A DNA stretch of 64,000 nucleotides from Octopus vulgaris. Taxonomy: Eukaryota. Every line of letters starts with the position of its first letter. Position 1 is the stretch's first letter. Of this stretch, positions 1 to 13,033 are shown piece after piece. A model generated the notes under the pieces. That model did not search any database. It saw nothing but the letters and a program-made list of their open reading frames with translations, and was not told the origin of the DNA. The stretch spans positions 57,350,001 to 57,414,000 of the forward strand of contig OX597823.1 in NCBI GenBank assembly GCA_951406725.2, given 5' to 3'. A program made the translations under genes and the position numbers.

Positions 1-167
1 TTGAACATTATTATTGTGAAGGCAGATATCCTGTCAAATTATACTCTGTCGCCTTAAAGAGGATTAGGTAGTCCTGCATCATTTTCTAGAGGTTCTTCTA
101 TGTTCTTATAAGGGGCAGCAACCGACGCAAAGATATAGTATGCATTGAAAGTTAGCAGCTAAAGAAA

Positions 168-420
168 TATTTGGTGACGTCATAAGAATTTGTAAACTTT
201 GAGGGAATGTGAACTAATCCTTCTTTCAAACGGAGGATCTCGAAGCAGATAAAGCTATAAATAATAGCGTGCAAATACCGAATAAAGGCAGCCTTCGACT
301 TTTTCTATTCAAAGTGGTGTTTTTAAATCCAACATTTAGACACTGTTATTTATAGTTCTTTGTGCTTCGAGATCTACCGTTCCAATAAATAAAATAGTGT
401 TAGAATCTTAAGGTAACTTG
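168..420. mobile_element. Degenerate MITE-like repeat, same family as 48251-48639
   Basis: Shares tgacgtcataagaa...gaagcagataaa.ctataaat and ttcgactttttctat...cttcgagat blocks with 48251-48639; ends approximate. Confidence 0.5.
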
Positions 421-477
421 TGGATTCTAATGTTCATGAATTAAGTAGACTTTGGTTTGGTGCATTACTGGTACTCT

Positions 478-773
478 GTCATTCTCGATGATAAACGTTC
501 CAGTTGATCGAATCAACAGAACAGCCTGCTCTTGAAATTAACGTGCAAGTGGCTGAGCACTCCTCCTTAACGTAGTTCTTAGTGAGATCAGCATGACACA
601 AAATGTGACAAGGCTGGCCATTTGAATTACGGGTACTACTCGTTTTTGCCAGCTGAGTGGACTGGAGCAACGTGAACTAAAGCATCGTGATCAAGGACAC
701 AACGCGCCGCCAGAAATCGAACTCAGGACTTTACGAGCCAAATACCCAAAATCACTAAGCCGCCCGCCTTCAC
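478..773 (-). mobile_element. tRNA-derived SINE family A (CORE-like middle variant)
   Basis: Minus-strand tRNA-like head (ggcttagtg...gagttcgattt), CORE-like ttgtgtccttga...gttgctccagtccactcagctgg, 3' part shared with 28007-28391, 55675-55982 and 60117-60477. Confidence 0.75.
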
Positions 774-1452
774 TCAACGATCACATAACATCTTCCGTGA
801 TATCTTATGCTGATTGTATCGCTTCTTCATATTATTATTTTATATTTGATTTATTTTTTCTGGATATATATTTTTACTTGTTTTCTTTGCATAGCACGGT
901 TAGATTTAACATTAATCTTATCAGTAATCTTCCCAGATTTATATCATTCTCAATATTACATAAATAATTATATATCTATTGTAATTTCTGGGTAACATCA
1001 TTTGAGCTTACAGTCACCTCTACCACCAGTGTAAACTATATTTAATTACAATTTAATTACCAGTTGCGTTAACGACCATTAAATTACCTTAATTTTAAAA
1101 AAAATATATGTTTTTTCTAACACTTTTATATCTACATGAAAATATCTATCAACCACTTAATGTATAATTACATAAAATCTCTTACTGTTGTTTTAGTTTT
1201 AAAGTTAAATTTCGAGGTAATTTTATAGACACCACTTTCAATCATGAATTGCACCTCCACCCCGCCCCGCCCCGAATCAACATAGTTATCGCCTCTAGGA
1301 TTTAAATCTTCATTGTTGTACAAAGTAACTACGAATTTATCTCTTCCGTTCTAAAACACTGGTCTTTTCAAACAAAATTTATGATACACTTCTACTTTAC
1401 ACTACTGCAAATCACTAATTCTGTTTAGTATTATCATTGACACGTTTTATTG

Positions 1453-1455
<3 letters not shown>

Positions 1456-1508
<53 letters not shown>
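1456..1508. repeat. (TTA)n microsatellite
   Basis: Direct reading. Confidence 0.95.
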
Positions 1509-2189
1509 CTTTCAGCTTCTCTAGCTGTTTGTATGGTGCAAGACCATTTCCAAAAATTACTAGTTGTGAGCTTCGAATACTTTAGAGAGATTTTAAACCT
1601 AAACTCTTTACTTCATTAATATTTAGTAGTCATAAACCAAACGTACCTATTTGCCTTATATCCTTTTCTTCCAGTCTATATGAATGTATCTCTATACATT
1701 TTAGTTCCAAATCTGACAATGTTTTACTATCCTTTACCATATCATCTCCATTCTGTGAATCTTATAACTACTTATCTTCCCAGAAGAAAACCTTACATTT
1801 TATAAGAGTGTAAACAGTTTTTTAAATGAATGATATTCTTTAATACGTGAATTGAGAAATGAGGAAAGCTTCTGAAAATGCAGAAAGTTCTAAAGATATT
1901 TAAGGCACAAAGGATTATCTTCAGAAAGATATAGTCAAAATTGTTTCAATATCTTTAAAGTATCAATTTTCCTAAAGTATTTTTGCAGTCTACTTCATTG
2001 GTTACAAGATTTCATGGTTTATATTCTTGCTTCTTCCCATCTCTATATCAATACTCATGCATCTCTCTTTACAGCTAACTTTAAAAATGTGTGGGTACAC
2101 TTGTCTGATTTAAAGAATTACGCTCCTTTGATAATATTCTAAAAGAAGATACTTCAACAGTTTCTAACACGATCTAAAATTTCAATCTA

Positions 2190-2480
2190 TATTGCTTTCA
2201 AATGTTAGTACACGGCAAGCAAATTCGAGGAAGTGGTAAGTCGATTACACCAACCCCAGTGCTTAGCTCGTACATTATTTTATTGATCCTGTGAAGATGA
2301 AAGGCAAAGCGGCATTCCATCCTTCCTTACGTTCTGAGTTCAAAACCCGTCAAGGTCTACTTTGTCTTTCATCCTTTCCAGGTCGATAAAATAAGTACCA
2401 GTTGAGCACTGGACTCGATGTAACCGGCTTAATCCCTCCCCCGAATCTACTGGCGTTGCGTTAAAGTTTGAAACGAATAT
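2190..2480. mobile_element. Two SINE family C 3' halves in inverted (head-to-head) orientation
   Basis: 2190-2310 matches family C on the minus strand (gatgaaaggcaaag), 2311-2480 on the plus strand (gttctgagttcaaa...ttcatcctttccaggtcgataaaataagtacc). Confidence 0.65.
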
Positions 2481-3472
2481 ATCGAAATCTGATAGTGTCT
2501 AAATAACTCGTTTACAAAGGAATATGATATCAAGTAACTCAGATTTTCGGTAAATATCTTTCCAAATAGGTTACAAAAAGAATTATCAGTCTATCGCTTA
2601 TAATTCTAAATACAAGCCGATCCTATAAAGCAAATATTGTACTATGAAATATTACGTATGGAATGAGACGGACGGAGGTTGTTATAGATAGGTCTACCGG
2701 AGATCGTAGATGGTCGACCTTTTCCAAATTTGATCAAATGTTTTTTAGCACATTGAACGACAGTGAAGCAGTTGTACATTACCAAATCAATGTGAGACTA
2801 ATCGCTTTAATGGCACTCTCTTCCTGGACAGAATTCCGAACCAAAACAGATTCCGAGCATCTTAGCTAGACCTTCGGTCAAGCAACATAAGCCTCTTACC
2901 GACATGAACTTGTCTCTGCATGATATTTTTTCATGGTAGCTGTTGTTATCCCACATATTGGTCATGTTTAATGGGTATTCTCGCCTTCTTATGTATCCGA
3001 TTCTATGACACTACAAAGGTGATATTGGCTGCGTATGAGGATGCGGCTTCTCTGTCTCTCTCTTTGAGAGGAATGCCGAATCTGAAAGCAATGACGCATT
3101 CTCCAGAATATACAGAAGAGACAGTATGCTGAACATGCAATTCAATACAGATCCGAAGAATGGAGTTTAGCATGGCCATCAAAAAAGGGTGCCACAGTAT
3201 ATTGCAAATTTACTGTCTGTAAATCGGTTGAGGTGGACTGGCACATCATCACTATTAGGCATCACTGCTTCCAATCCGCCGCTCCTTGCGAACTATAAGC
3301 TTGAAAACATCATACATCTGCTTGGAGGTAGATAGGAAGCGCACATAGTGTTCACACCAAGTACAATAACGAGCACAAACACAAACATACCTATCAACGT
3401 TTGGGGTGGAATACATAAAAATGTATTCTTAAAATATAGATATTAAAAAACGCATGATGAATTATAAATGCA

Positions 3473-3494
3473 TATCTATCTATCTATCTATCTA

Positions 3495-3564
<70 letters not shown>

Positions 3565-3742
3565 AAATTAGTAATGCAATACGAGAGTATTGCTTTCCAG
3601 TAAAGAATAGCCCGTGAGGGAAAATTATACATACGCGGTGAAGCTATACATTAGCGTCGTATTATTACGTTCGCTATTTCCAGTAAATATCGGTACTTCG
3701 TTGTGCCATATATTTACTTCGATATATATATATATATATGTG

Positions 3743-3794
<52 letters not shown>

Positions 3795-3810
3795 GAAAGA
3801 GAGAGAGAGA
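3473..3810. repeat. (TATC)n/(TA)n tract (3473-3560) and (TA)n/(GA)n tract (3722-3810)
   Basis: Direct reading; explains ORFs 3614-4023. Confidence 0.9.
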
Positions 3811-5906
3811 ACGAAATGCAGAAAGGAAAATGAAGAAAGAAAAAACAAACTTAGATGAAATGAGAAATAAAATATCAAGCTTTGTGATACACTGTAAGGA
3901 AAATAATGAAACAGTAAAAATGACGAAAGCATTATTAATCATATTTACAGGGGAGGGCAAAAATGAGAAAAGAACGCAAGAAAAAATATGAAAAGCAGCG
4001 AAATTAAAGTATAACAAAAACAAGCGAAAGAAAAAAATAAAAGAAAAACAGCAGTAGCAGAAATCTGAATAAAAATAAATGAAATAAAAAAGGTGGGGTA
4101 GAAAAGGGTACGAATGAAGGTTAACATGCGTCCATTATGTATAGTTGTTTGAGATCTGAGAAATAGGGGAAGGATAAGAATAGGGCAAGAAATGGGATAG
4201 GAGGAGGGCAGATAGTTACATAATAAAATGTTTTTTTTTAGGGGAGATCAGTGAAAGCTGTTAGATAGAAAGTGTAATGCGGTATGAGGGAGGAGAAAAG
4301 CCCATTATTAAAGAGAAGCAGGGAGATAATGCAAGGGGTGGACGAGAGCAGTAGATACACTAAAAGACTACGTGGAGTCCATGGGAGGGGAAAGATAACA
4401 TGTTATGATAATAAGAATAAAAGGGACCGATATGAAGTTATATGTGTGTGTGTGTGTGATTTAATGTTTAATGTTGTTTGAAGGAAGGGAAACCCAAGGG
4501 GAAGGCGGATAATATGAAGTACCGTAAAACAAACGATCAAATAAAATATAACATAACATGAAATAGATACTCAATTAAGCGAACTGTACATATTTCTTTT
4601 TTTAATTCATTGCCGTTGAGTGGTTGTAAGTTAAGGACAACTAACGTGGCCAGTAAAATGGTACGTGATAGTTGATGAAGAAAATTTATGGTGTTTTAAC
4701 CTAGCATTAAAACAAGTGACATTTGAAAAATGTATTCTTGTTCTGTCATTTATCCGATTGTAAGCGTAAATGTTCTTCAAGCTGTGTTTTTTTTCTCTGG
4801 TGTAGGTAAAAGAAACCAATTTCATGAAACTAATTTTTCGAAAACCTGCGTGGGTACACACACACACACACACACACACATAAATATATACGATCGTGAT
4901 GGTGTAGACGCCGGAAAGATGAAATGACAGGAAGCTAAGGAAGACATGCCGCAGTACGTCCGCGGTGGTATGATAGCGATGAAGCTTGGCCCAAGTGGGT
5001 TCAAGAAGGTAAGCAATCAGGATGCTTGGAGTAGGTTCGTTTCCCGTTGTGCTAACACTACTGGAGGATCTTAGAGCTAATACACACACATAAACACACA
5101 CACGCATATATATATACATACATATATACATACATATATATATATATGTATATATAATCTATCCTTTACAAGGTTATATTTATATTCATGTTTATTTTTA
5201 TGTTAAGTTATAAAAATAATTTACATTAAGCTGAAGGAGTACTCAATGCTTTTTCTACAATATATAGATACTCACACACACAGAATGCTTTAAACCTCTT
5301 TTATCATCAAGGGTACACTTTCGATGACAGAACAGTTAAATTCGAAATTGTCAATAACTTTGTATTTTCAAACTCTAAGCATAAAGGTTATCTGTGCAAC
5401 TATAGCTAAGCTTAGTATAATTTTGATAAAATATCTTTTGGAACTTATAATACATGGTGGCAATTTTAGAATTAACGTTTAAACTATTTGGTGGATTTAG
5501 CCACATACTTTCCTCTTTTTTCTAGTCTTGCTAGGTTACATGTGATATATCTTCACTTTACAGTTGTTTTGAATGCTTTGCTATAATTATTCGTTTCATA
5601 AGGCTTTTGTTTCTGTAAATAGCAACGGAATACATCTTTGTCCTGGCGATGTTATCTAATGTTGTAATTTTTTCAGCACACGTAAAGGACCCACCTTTAA
5701 TCACCCACTCCTTAAATCGGTGATAAATGAATTCATTTATAATATAATTATGCGAGACTTTCGGACCACACCTTTAAGAGTATACATAACCTGCTTAAAC
5801 ACTCATGTCTAGAGAAAAGATAAACTGCACCAACAGAACCGATAATCATAACAAACTCTGCATTCCATACATCAATGATGCAAAAGAAGGCATGTTCTAC
5901 ATTATG

Positions 5907-6372
5907 CTTTATCTTTTACTTCTTGCAGTCATTAAACTGTGGCCATGCTGGGACACCACCCTGAAGAGTTTTTAGTCAAATGAATCAGCCCCCACTACTT
6001 ATATTTTGTTAAGCCTGCTACTTATTCTATCGGATACTTTTGCCGAACCGCTAGATTACGGGGAGGTAAATATAACAGCATTGGTTGTCAAGCAGTGGTG
6101 AGGGACAAACACACACATACATACACTCACACTCACACAAACACGCACAATCACACATATGCACACACACACTCACACACACACACACATATATATATAT
6201 ATACACACAATGGGCTTCTTTCGATTTCCGTCTACCAAATACACTCACAAGTACTTGGTTGACCCGGGGCTATAGTAGAAGACACTTCGCGAAAGTGCCG
6301 TGTATTGGGACTGAATCCACAACCAAGTGATTGGAAAGGGAGCTTCTTGCCACACAATCACACCTCTGCCTA
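5907..6372 (-). mobile_element. tRNA-derived SINE family B with internal (TA/CA)n
   Basis: Reverse-complement match to 11603-12010, including the ccagcatggcc.cagt...tgact tail. Confidence 0.85.
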
Positions 6373-6888
6373 TTGAATGGTTTAAGAATTTAAAAAAAAT
6401 TGTTATGGTTAATGCACAGAGATGAAATTTGACTCGCTGTATAGACAAGGCAAATACTTTAGTTAGGTGGTGCAAAAACACGTAATACAAACCTTGCGTT
6501 TCAACACAACGTGATGTGTCATTTGGTCATTAGAAAACTGCATGAAACAGTGGATACTTTCTATCTTTTTGAATTTAACCAGCGTCAAAAAGGAATTGAA
6601 ATCTACTATCAAATTGTAGGATTCTGGGGCCTGGATTAATTCACCCCACTAAGTTTTCATTAATCACCTCGAACAGGGTTAATACTCAAACATAGCTCCA
6701 TGCAGCTACTTATTATTATAGGAGGGAAAGGAGAAAGGTAAAGGGTCACTCCGATAGAATAGAAGCTATATTGACTATAGTTATTTGAACGCAGAGTACA
6801 GAGAGTCGTAAAGGATATCTAAAGAGCGTTATATTCGCATTGCTCTTGCGGACAGCAATGTGTGTAGATATACATACATACGTACGTA

Positions 6889-7084
6889 TATACATAAATA
6901 CATACATACAAATATGCATACATACATACATACATACATACATACATACATACATACATACATACATACATACGTACATACATACGTACATACATACGTA
7001 CATACATTTGCGTGTGTGTGTGAGTGTGTATATGGGTGTGTCAGATGTTGAAAGTTTTCTCAATAATGTAGATTATTATATGAC

Positions 7085-7123
<39 letters not shown>

Positions 7124-7210
7124 GTGTGTGTGTGAGCGTGTGTATATGGGTGTGTGTGTGTGGGGGTATGGGTGTTTGTATATCTGTGTGTGTATGTGTC
7201 TGTGTGTGTA
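6889..7210. repeat. (TACA)n/(TG)n/(TA)n compound microsatellite
   Basis: Direct reading. Confidence 0.9.
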
Positions 7211-7663
7211 TGAATTTGGCCTTCATCAGACAGAGAATACTTGTCTTCTCTCCACAGATCGATGAGTAACTTATAGTTATGTATAATGTATTAAGAAACT
7301 AGCCTCACTCCTGTCTGCATAGTAGTGTATCTACTAATATCATGGATGAATTAATACATTAATTCATAATGGTCTATGTAGCGTTATTGAATAATTTGAA
7401 ATGTAAGTTAAATCTTTTTTAATAGACATTAAATTTCAACCTCTTCAGCGTATGCACAATTATGCAAATCAGTGTAACCGAATCAGTCGAGACCTAGTTT
7501 GCAGAAGCCGTAAATAGCTATGAAATACTAATATATTTTTCAAAAATATTAAAGTAGTATATTTCCGATTAAGGTCTAACGAGACGACGAAATACTCTCG
7601 TGGTGTAAACTCTCTCAATACATTAGAGAGCGTGACAAAACGTTGTATGTTTACAAGACGAAT

Positions 7664-8106
7664 GTATAGCTTAAATGTCATATATATATGGGGGTATATA
7701 GATAAATATATACATACATACATACATACATACATACGTGTTTGTGTGTGTGTGTGAGTATGCATATAGGCAGTGGTGTTTCACTGCGTGATATCACTAC
7801 ATTTATCATTATGTATTTAGCACATTCAGTACAATCTGATACTCGGTAAGTGTGGCTTGTAGAAGACGGCGAGCTGGCAGAAACGTTAGCACGTATAGCT
7901 TAAATGTCATATATATGTGGGTATATAGATATATATATACATACATACATATGTGTTTGTGTGTGTATGTGAATATGCATATAGGCAGTGGTGTTTCAGT
8001 GCGTGATATCACTACATTTATCATTATGTATTTAGCACATTCAGTACAATCTGATACTCGGTAAGTGTGGCTTGTAGAAGACGGCGAGCTGGCGGAAACG
8101 TTAGCA
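7664..8106. repeat. Tandem duplication of ~220 bp whose junction lies inside a SINE head
   Basis: gtatagcttaaatgtcat...gacggcgagctggc.gaaacgttagcac occurs at 7664-7891 and again at 7892-8106. Confidence 0.9.
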
Positions 8107-8309
8107 CGCCGGGCGAAATGCGTAGCCGTATTTCGTCTGCCGTTACGTTCTGAGTTCAAATTCCGCCGAGGTCAACTTTGTCTCTCATCCTTTCGGGGTC
8201 GATAAATTAAGTACCAGTTACGCACTGGGGTCGACGTAATCGACTTAACACGTTTGTCTGTCCTTGTTTCTCCCCTCTATATTTAGCCACTTGTGGATGT
8301 AAAGAAATA
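8078..8309 (+). mobile_element. SINE family C, full length, 18-bp TSD
   Basis: Head ggcgagctggc.gaaacgttagc, B-box-like gagttcaaattcc, core ttcatcctttcggggtcgataaattaagtacc (resembles the Meta/Nin-type conserved SINE domain, from memory); TSD ggtaagtgtg(g/a)cttgtag at 8060-8077 and 8310-8327. Confidence 0.9.
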
Positions 8310-8775
8310 GGTAAGTGTGACTTGTAGCAATACTTTAGTTTACGCTTCTTGTTGCATTATTTTTTGGTGCCTATAGTAGTAGAACGGATTATTTTTGGGT
8401 GTGTAATAAATACAATTTCCTTCATTGCCCTATTTTCCGCCATACAAGTGGAATATTTCATATGAAAATTTATTACCCAAGAACTGTAGGTTGGCATATT
8501 CACCTAAAAGACTGTGGAGGACCGAAAATCCCATGTAGAAATGCAGCAGAATTTGGAAAGATAGAGATAATGTTTCAATGTTTACACCACATGTTTACAC
8601 CATATACTACATCAAATGTATGCCAAGAAATACTGTATATATTGGAGAAAGCTATTTATGTATTATCTCATTTTGTACACGCATGTTTATACATACACAC
8701 ACATATATATTTTATATATTCTTTATATATTTTATATATATATATACATAAATACATACACACATATTTATTATA

Positions 8776-8825
<50 letters not shown>

Positions 8826-8826
<1 letters not shown>

Positions 8827-9046
8827 TTATTGGCCACAAGGGGCTAAACATAGAGGGGACAAACAAGGAGAGACAAAGGGATTAAGTCGATTATATCGAT
8901 CCCAGTGCATAACTGGTACTTATTTAATCGACCCCGAAAGGATGAAAGGCAAAGTCGACCTCGGCGGAATTTGAACTCAGAACGTAGCGGCAGACGAGAT
9001 ACCGCTAAGCATTTCGTCCGGCGTTCTAACGTTTCTGCTAGCTCAC
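8826..9046 (-). mobile_element. SINE family C
   Basis: Reverse complement of 8078-8309. Confidence 0.9.
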
Positions 9047-9080
9047 GAATATACATACATACATACATACATACATACAT

Positions 9081-9174
<94 letters not shown>

Positions 9175-9316
9175 GCTCGAATACGCCGGATGGTGCTCGA
9201 AAAATAAAGGGTTTTACCTTAGTTCACTGGTACTGAACAGCTGGTACTGTACTATATCTCCAGTGATAGAAGCTGTGCAAAGACAATAAATAATAGTGAT
9301 AATAATAATAATAAAT

Positions 9317-9870
9317 TGCAGCACAATATGAAAACCTTCTCACCAGAAATCACGAAAATCACGAAATGAAAAGAAATACAAGTAACTGCAGAATATGTGG
9401 TGATGGAGAAGAAATAATAAATCATATTGAATCTGGCTGCCCAGTCCTGGTTAAGAAGGAATATATTTACAGACATGAAAGAGTTGTGATCGATATACAC
9501 ATTGGAAGCTATGCCAACACTGGAATAACAAGAGAAAAAAAGATGGTAGAGGATCACCCCAGAAAAGGTGACAGAAAATGAGAAAGCAACCTTACCCTGA
9601 GATATGTCAATACACATGTATAGAGCAATTAAGATCAATAGCCTAGATATTGTTGTCAGAGAAAAATGCTTCTAATCGATATATCAATACCAACAGATGA
9701 CAATATTCCTCTAAAACTTTCAAAATACAAAGATCTGGAAATAGGGGTAACTCGAATGTGGAGCCTAAAAACAGAAACAATTCCTATTATGGTAGGCGCA
9801 TTAGGTACGATAAAAACATTGAGGCAAATACATAACGGAAACAGCAGGACTTACAAGTATCTATAAACCT
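9317..9870 (+). pseudogene. 5'-truncated, decayed R4/Dong-type non-LTR element (CCHC + endonuclease region)
   Basis: CRICGDGEEIINHIESGC, YRHERV, LLIDISIP, KYKDL, IPIMVGALG match the C-terminus of ORF 13143-16829; frameshifted; starts right after a TAA tract. Confidence 0.9.
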
Positions 9871-10309
9871 CGCATATTTATGATCATCTCAAGTGCAAGT
9901 CAAAAGCTGAAACTAAACAACACCCAATAATACCTTTTAATTAATAAATGGAAATAATAATAGAGATGGTAATAATGGTGTTGTTGGTAATAACATTAAT
10001 AATAATTTATCCAAAACTCATGTCGGTTCTGAGGAAATATTAACAATGACAAATAGTAGTAAAAAAATGAAAATAATAATATCAGTGATGATATTAATAA
10101 TAATGAAAAGAGGCGGTTGGAATCTCCTTATGCTCTGATTGATGATACATCTAGTGATAGAATCGCAATAAAAACGCTGGTATTGCTCAACATGATAATC
10201 GCTACCTCATATGAGTGACGATGAAAAAAACTAAATATTGCGAATAACGGTGGTAATGAAACTGGAGTCCTTGATGGTGACAGTGTTACACCCGGCAGGC
10301 TCAAAGATG

Positions 10310-10336
10310 ATAATAATAATAACAATAACAATAACG

Positions 10337-10381
<45 letters not shown>

Positions 10382-10386
10382 CTGCT

Positions 10387-10420
<34 letters not shown>

Positions 10421-10424
10421 ATGG

Positions 10425-10464
<40 letters not shown>

Positions 10465-10508
10465 CATGATCATGATCATCATCATCATGATGATGATCAT
10501 GATGATAA
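10310..10508. repeat. Compound (TAA)n-(CTG)n-(GAT)n microsatellite
   Basis: Direct reading. Confidence 0.95.
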
Positions 10509-10521
10509 CAGAACTGTACTT

Positions 10522-11773
10522 ATAGACTGCAAGAGAAGGAAAACTAACTTAGCCATGTCATGGATCGATTATTATAAGATGTACGATATGATTCCACATT
10601 CTTGGATTATGGAATGGTTGAACCTATTTGGTATTGCATCGAATATTGAGCGATTGCTTGGAAAAAGTATGGTGAAGTGTAGGACGAAACTGACAGCATA
10701 TGGAAGAAGTTTACGGACAATAGAAATCAGGAGATGCATCTTCTAAGGGGACTGCCTGTCCCTACTGATCTTTGTACTGTGCAAGATACCACCAACACTG
10801 ATTGTGAGGAAAGCAAAGGCTGGGTATGTATTCAAAAGCCACGAAAAATAGTCAACCACTTGTTATTCATGGATGACCTCAAACTTTATGGTGAAGATGA
10901 ATCCCAAGTCAGTTCCCTCGTTGATACGGTGTATAATGTCAGAGCTGGTATCAAAATGGAGTTTGGACTAAAAAAGTGTGGTGCGTTAGTCTCGAAGAGA
11001 GGCAAAATCAAATGTATGGACGGGCTAAGGATACCGTCGGGGGAGTTTATGAAACAGAGAGAAGAGATGGGGTATAAGTACTTGGGGATACTGGAAATGG
11101 ATGAATTTATGGAGACATAAATTACAAAAATTTAAGTTGGAGTACTTGCACAAACTGAGACTAATCCTTAAGTCGAAATTAAAAGGAAGGAATAAGATTG
11201 CAGAGACCAACACCTGGACAGCTTTGCTCCATATATATGGTGCAGGTGTAATCGCATGGACAGTAAACGAACTAAATAGCTTAGATAGAAAGACAAGAAA
11301 GTTGCTGAATAGATATGGGATACTCCACCTAAAACGTGACACAGACAGCCTGTATGTACCAAGAAAAAGAGGAAGAGGGGACTGATTGGATATGAACACA
11401 GCATTAGAACAGAAGAAAACAACATAGCATGGTATGTAAAAAAATGCTACAAAACAACTATTATTGGAAGTAAGAAGGTCAGGCTTGACTCGGATAGAAG
11501 ATAAAGCACTGTAAAAGCACTTGAGAATGAATGGAACTGAAATTAGGTGGATAAAGAAAAGAATGCATGGAAAATTTTATATAAAGATTTTAATTTTTCA
11601 TAGGCGCAGGAGTGGCTGTGTGGTAAGTAGCTTGTTTACCAACCACATGGTTCCGGGTTCAGTCCCACTGCGTGGCACCTTGCGCAAGTGTCTTCTACTA
11701 TCGCCTCGGGCCGACCAAAGCCTTGTGAGTGGATTTGGTGGACGGAAACCGAAAGAAGCCCGTCGTATATATG

Positions 11774-11806
<33 letters not shown>

Positions 11807-12690
11807 TTGTGTGTCTGTGTTTGTTCCCCTAGCATTGCTTGACAACTGATACTGGTGTGTTTATGTCCCCGTTACTTAGCGGCTTGGAAAAGAGACCAAT
11901 AGAATAAGTACTGGGCTTACAAAAGAATAAGTCCCAGGGTCGAGTTGCTCGATTTAAAAAAGGCGGTGCTCCAGCATGGCCGCAGTCAAATGACTGAAAC
12001 AAGTAAAAGAGTATAATACTTACACTCAAAGAGATGTTGAAGATAAAATAGACTGACAAACAAAGATGGCTATGGATGATTAAAAGTAATTTAAAACCGG
12101 AAACGGAGGCTCTAATCTGTGCTGCCCAAGAGCAAGCACTAAAAATCAATTATATCAAATATAGAATCGACAACACATCAGAAAGTGCTAAGTGCGGGAT
12201 TTGTGGGTAAAATGGTGAAACTGTATAGCATATTACTAGTCAATGTACGTCACTAGCCCAGAAAGAATATAGGAAGCCCCATGACAATATAGCAAGGATT
12301 GTCCATTGGACACTTTGAAACAAGTATGGATTTGATAGAGCAAAAAAGTGGCACGAACATAAACCCGAAGGCGTCATCGAAAATGATACTGCAAAGATCC
12401 TATGGGATTTTATGATTCAGTGTGACCATGAGATAGAAAAAAGGAATCCAGACATAGTGTTGACTGAGAAAGAAAGCAAACGATGCTGGATCATAGATAT
12501 AGCATGTCCAGCTGACAACAAGTATGCGATAAGGAAGGTAGAAATGTTGATAGATATGACAGGTTAGCTTCGGTGGTTAAGCAGTTGTGGTCGCTGAAAA
12601 AGGTGGTAGTATATTAATAATTGTCGGAGCCCTGGGAATAGTGAGTAAAAATTCTGAGAAGTACATGAAACAAATACGGGCTGCAATAAG
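10522..12690 (+). pseudogene. 5'-truncated, decayed R4/Dong-type non-LTR element (RT to endonuclease), interrupted by a SINE
   Basis: WIDYYKMYDMIPHSW, NHLLFMDDLKLYG, MEFGLKKC, YKYLGI, LYVPRKRGRG, MHG, ICAAQEQAL, CGIC, ILWDF, PDIV; many stops and frameshifts. Confidence 0.92.
11603..12010 (+). mobile_element. SINE family B nested in the decayed R4/Dong copy
   Basis: tRNA-like head ggcgcaggagtggctgtgtggtaag...gggttcagtccc, CORE-like accttg.gcaagt, internal (TA/TG)n, tail ggtgctccagcatggccgcagtcaaatgactgaaacaagtaaaaga. Confidence 0.9.
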
Positions 12691-12929
12691 GGACCTTTTG
12701 AGCGCATTGGGCTACTGAGCCAGAATAAAATTCCAACTGGGTCCCACTTGAAAGCTTATGTACTGTTAATCTTTATATGAAATCACCATGTTGTACACAT
12801 ATGATTGTGATGCATGTTTCTGGTGTACCCTTATCAGGCGGGTAGTCATGATGAGTATATTGAGGTTCGTATAATTTTAGCCCAGTATCACTTTGATGGC
12901 ATGCACTGCTCTCTTAGTTAATAAAAAGA

Positions 12930-12994
<65 letters not shown>

Positions 12995-13033
12995 TGATAG
13001 TGATGGTAATGGTGATGATAATAACAATAATAA
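12930..13033. repeat. (TAA)n tract 5' of the intact element
   Basis: Direct reading. Confidence 0.95.

Noticed and set aside
1510-2170. Possible decayed L1/Tx1-like LINE pieces on the minus strand (also 28700-29900)
   Set aside because: No unambiguous motif recovered by manual translation
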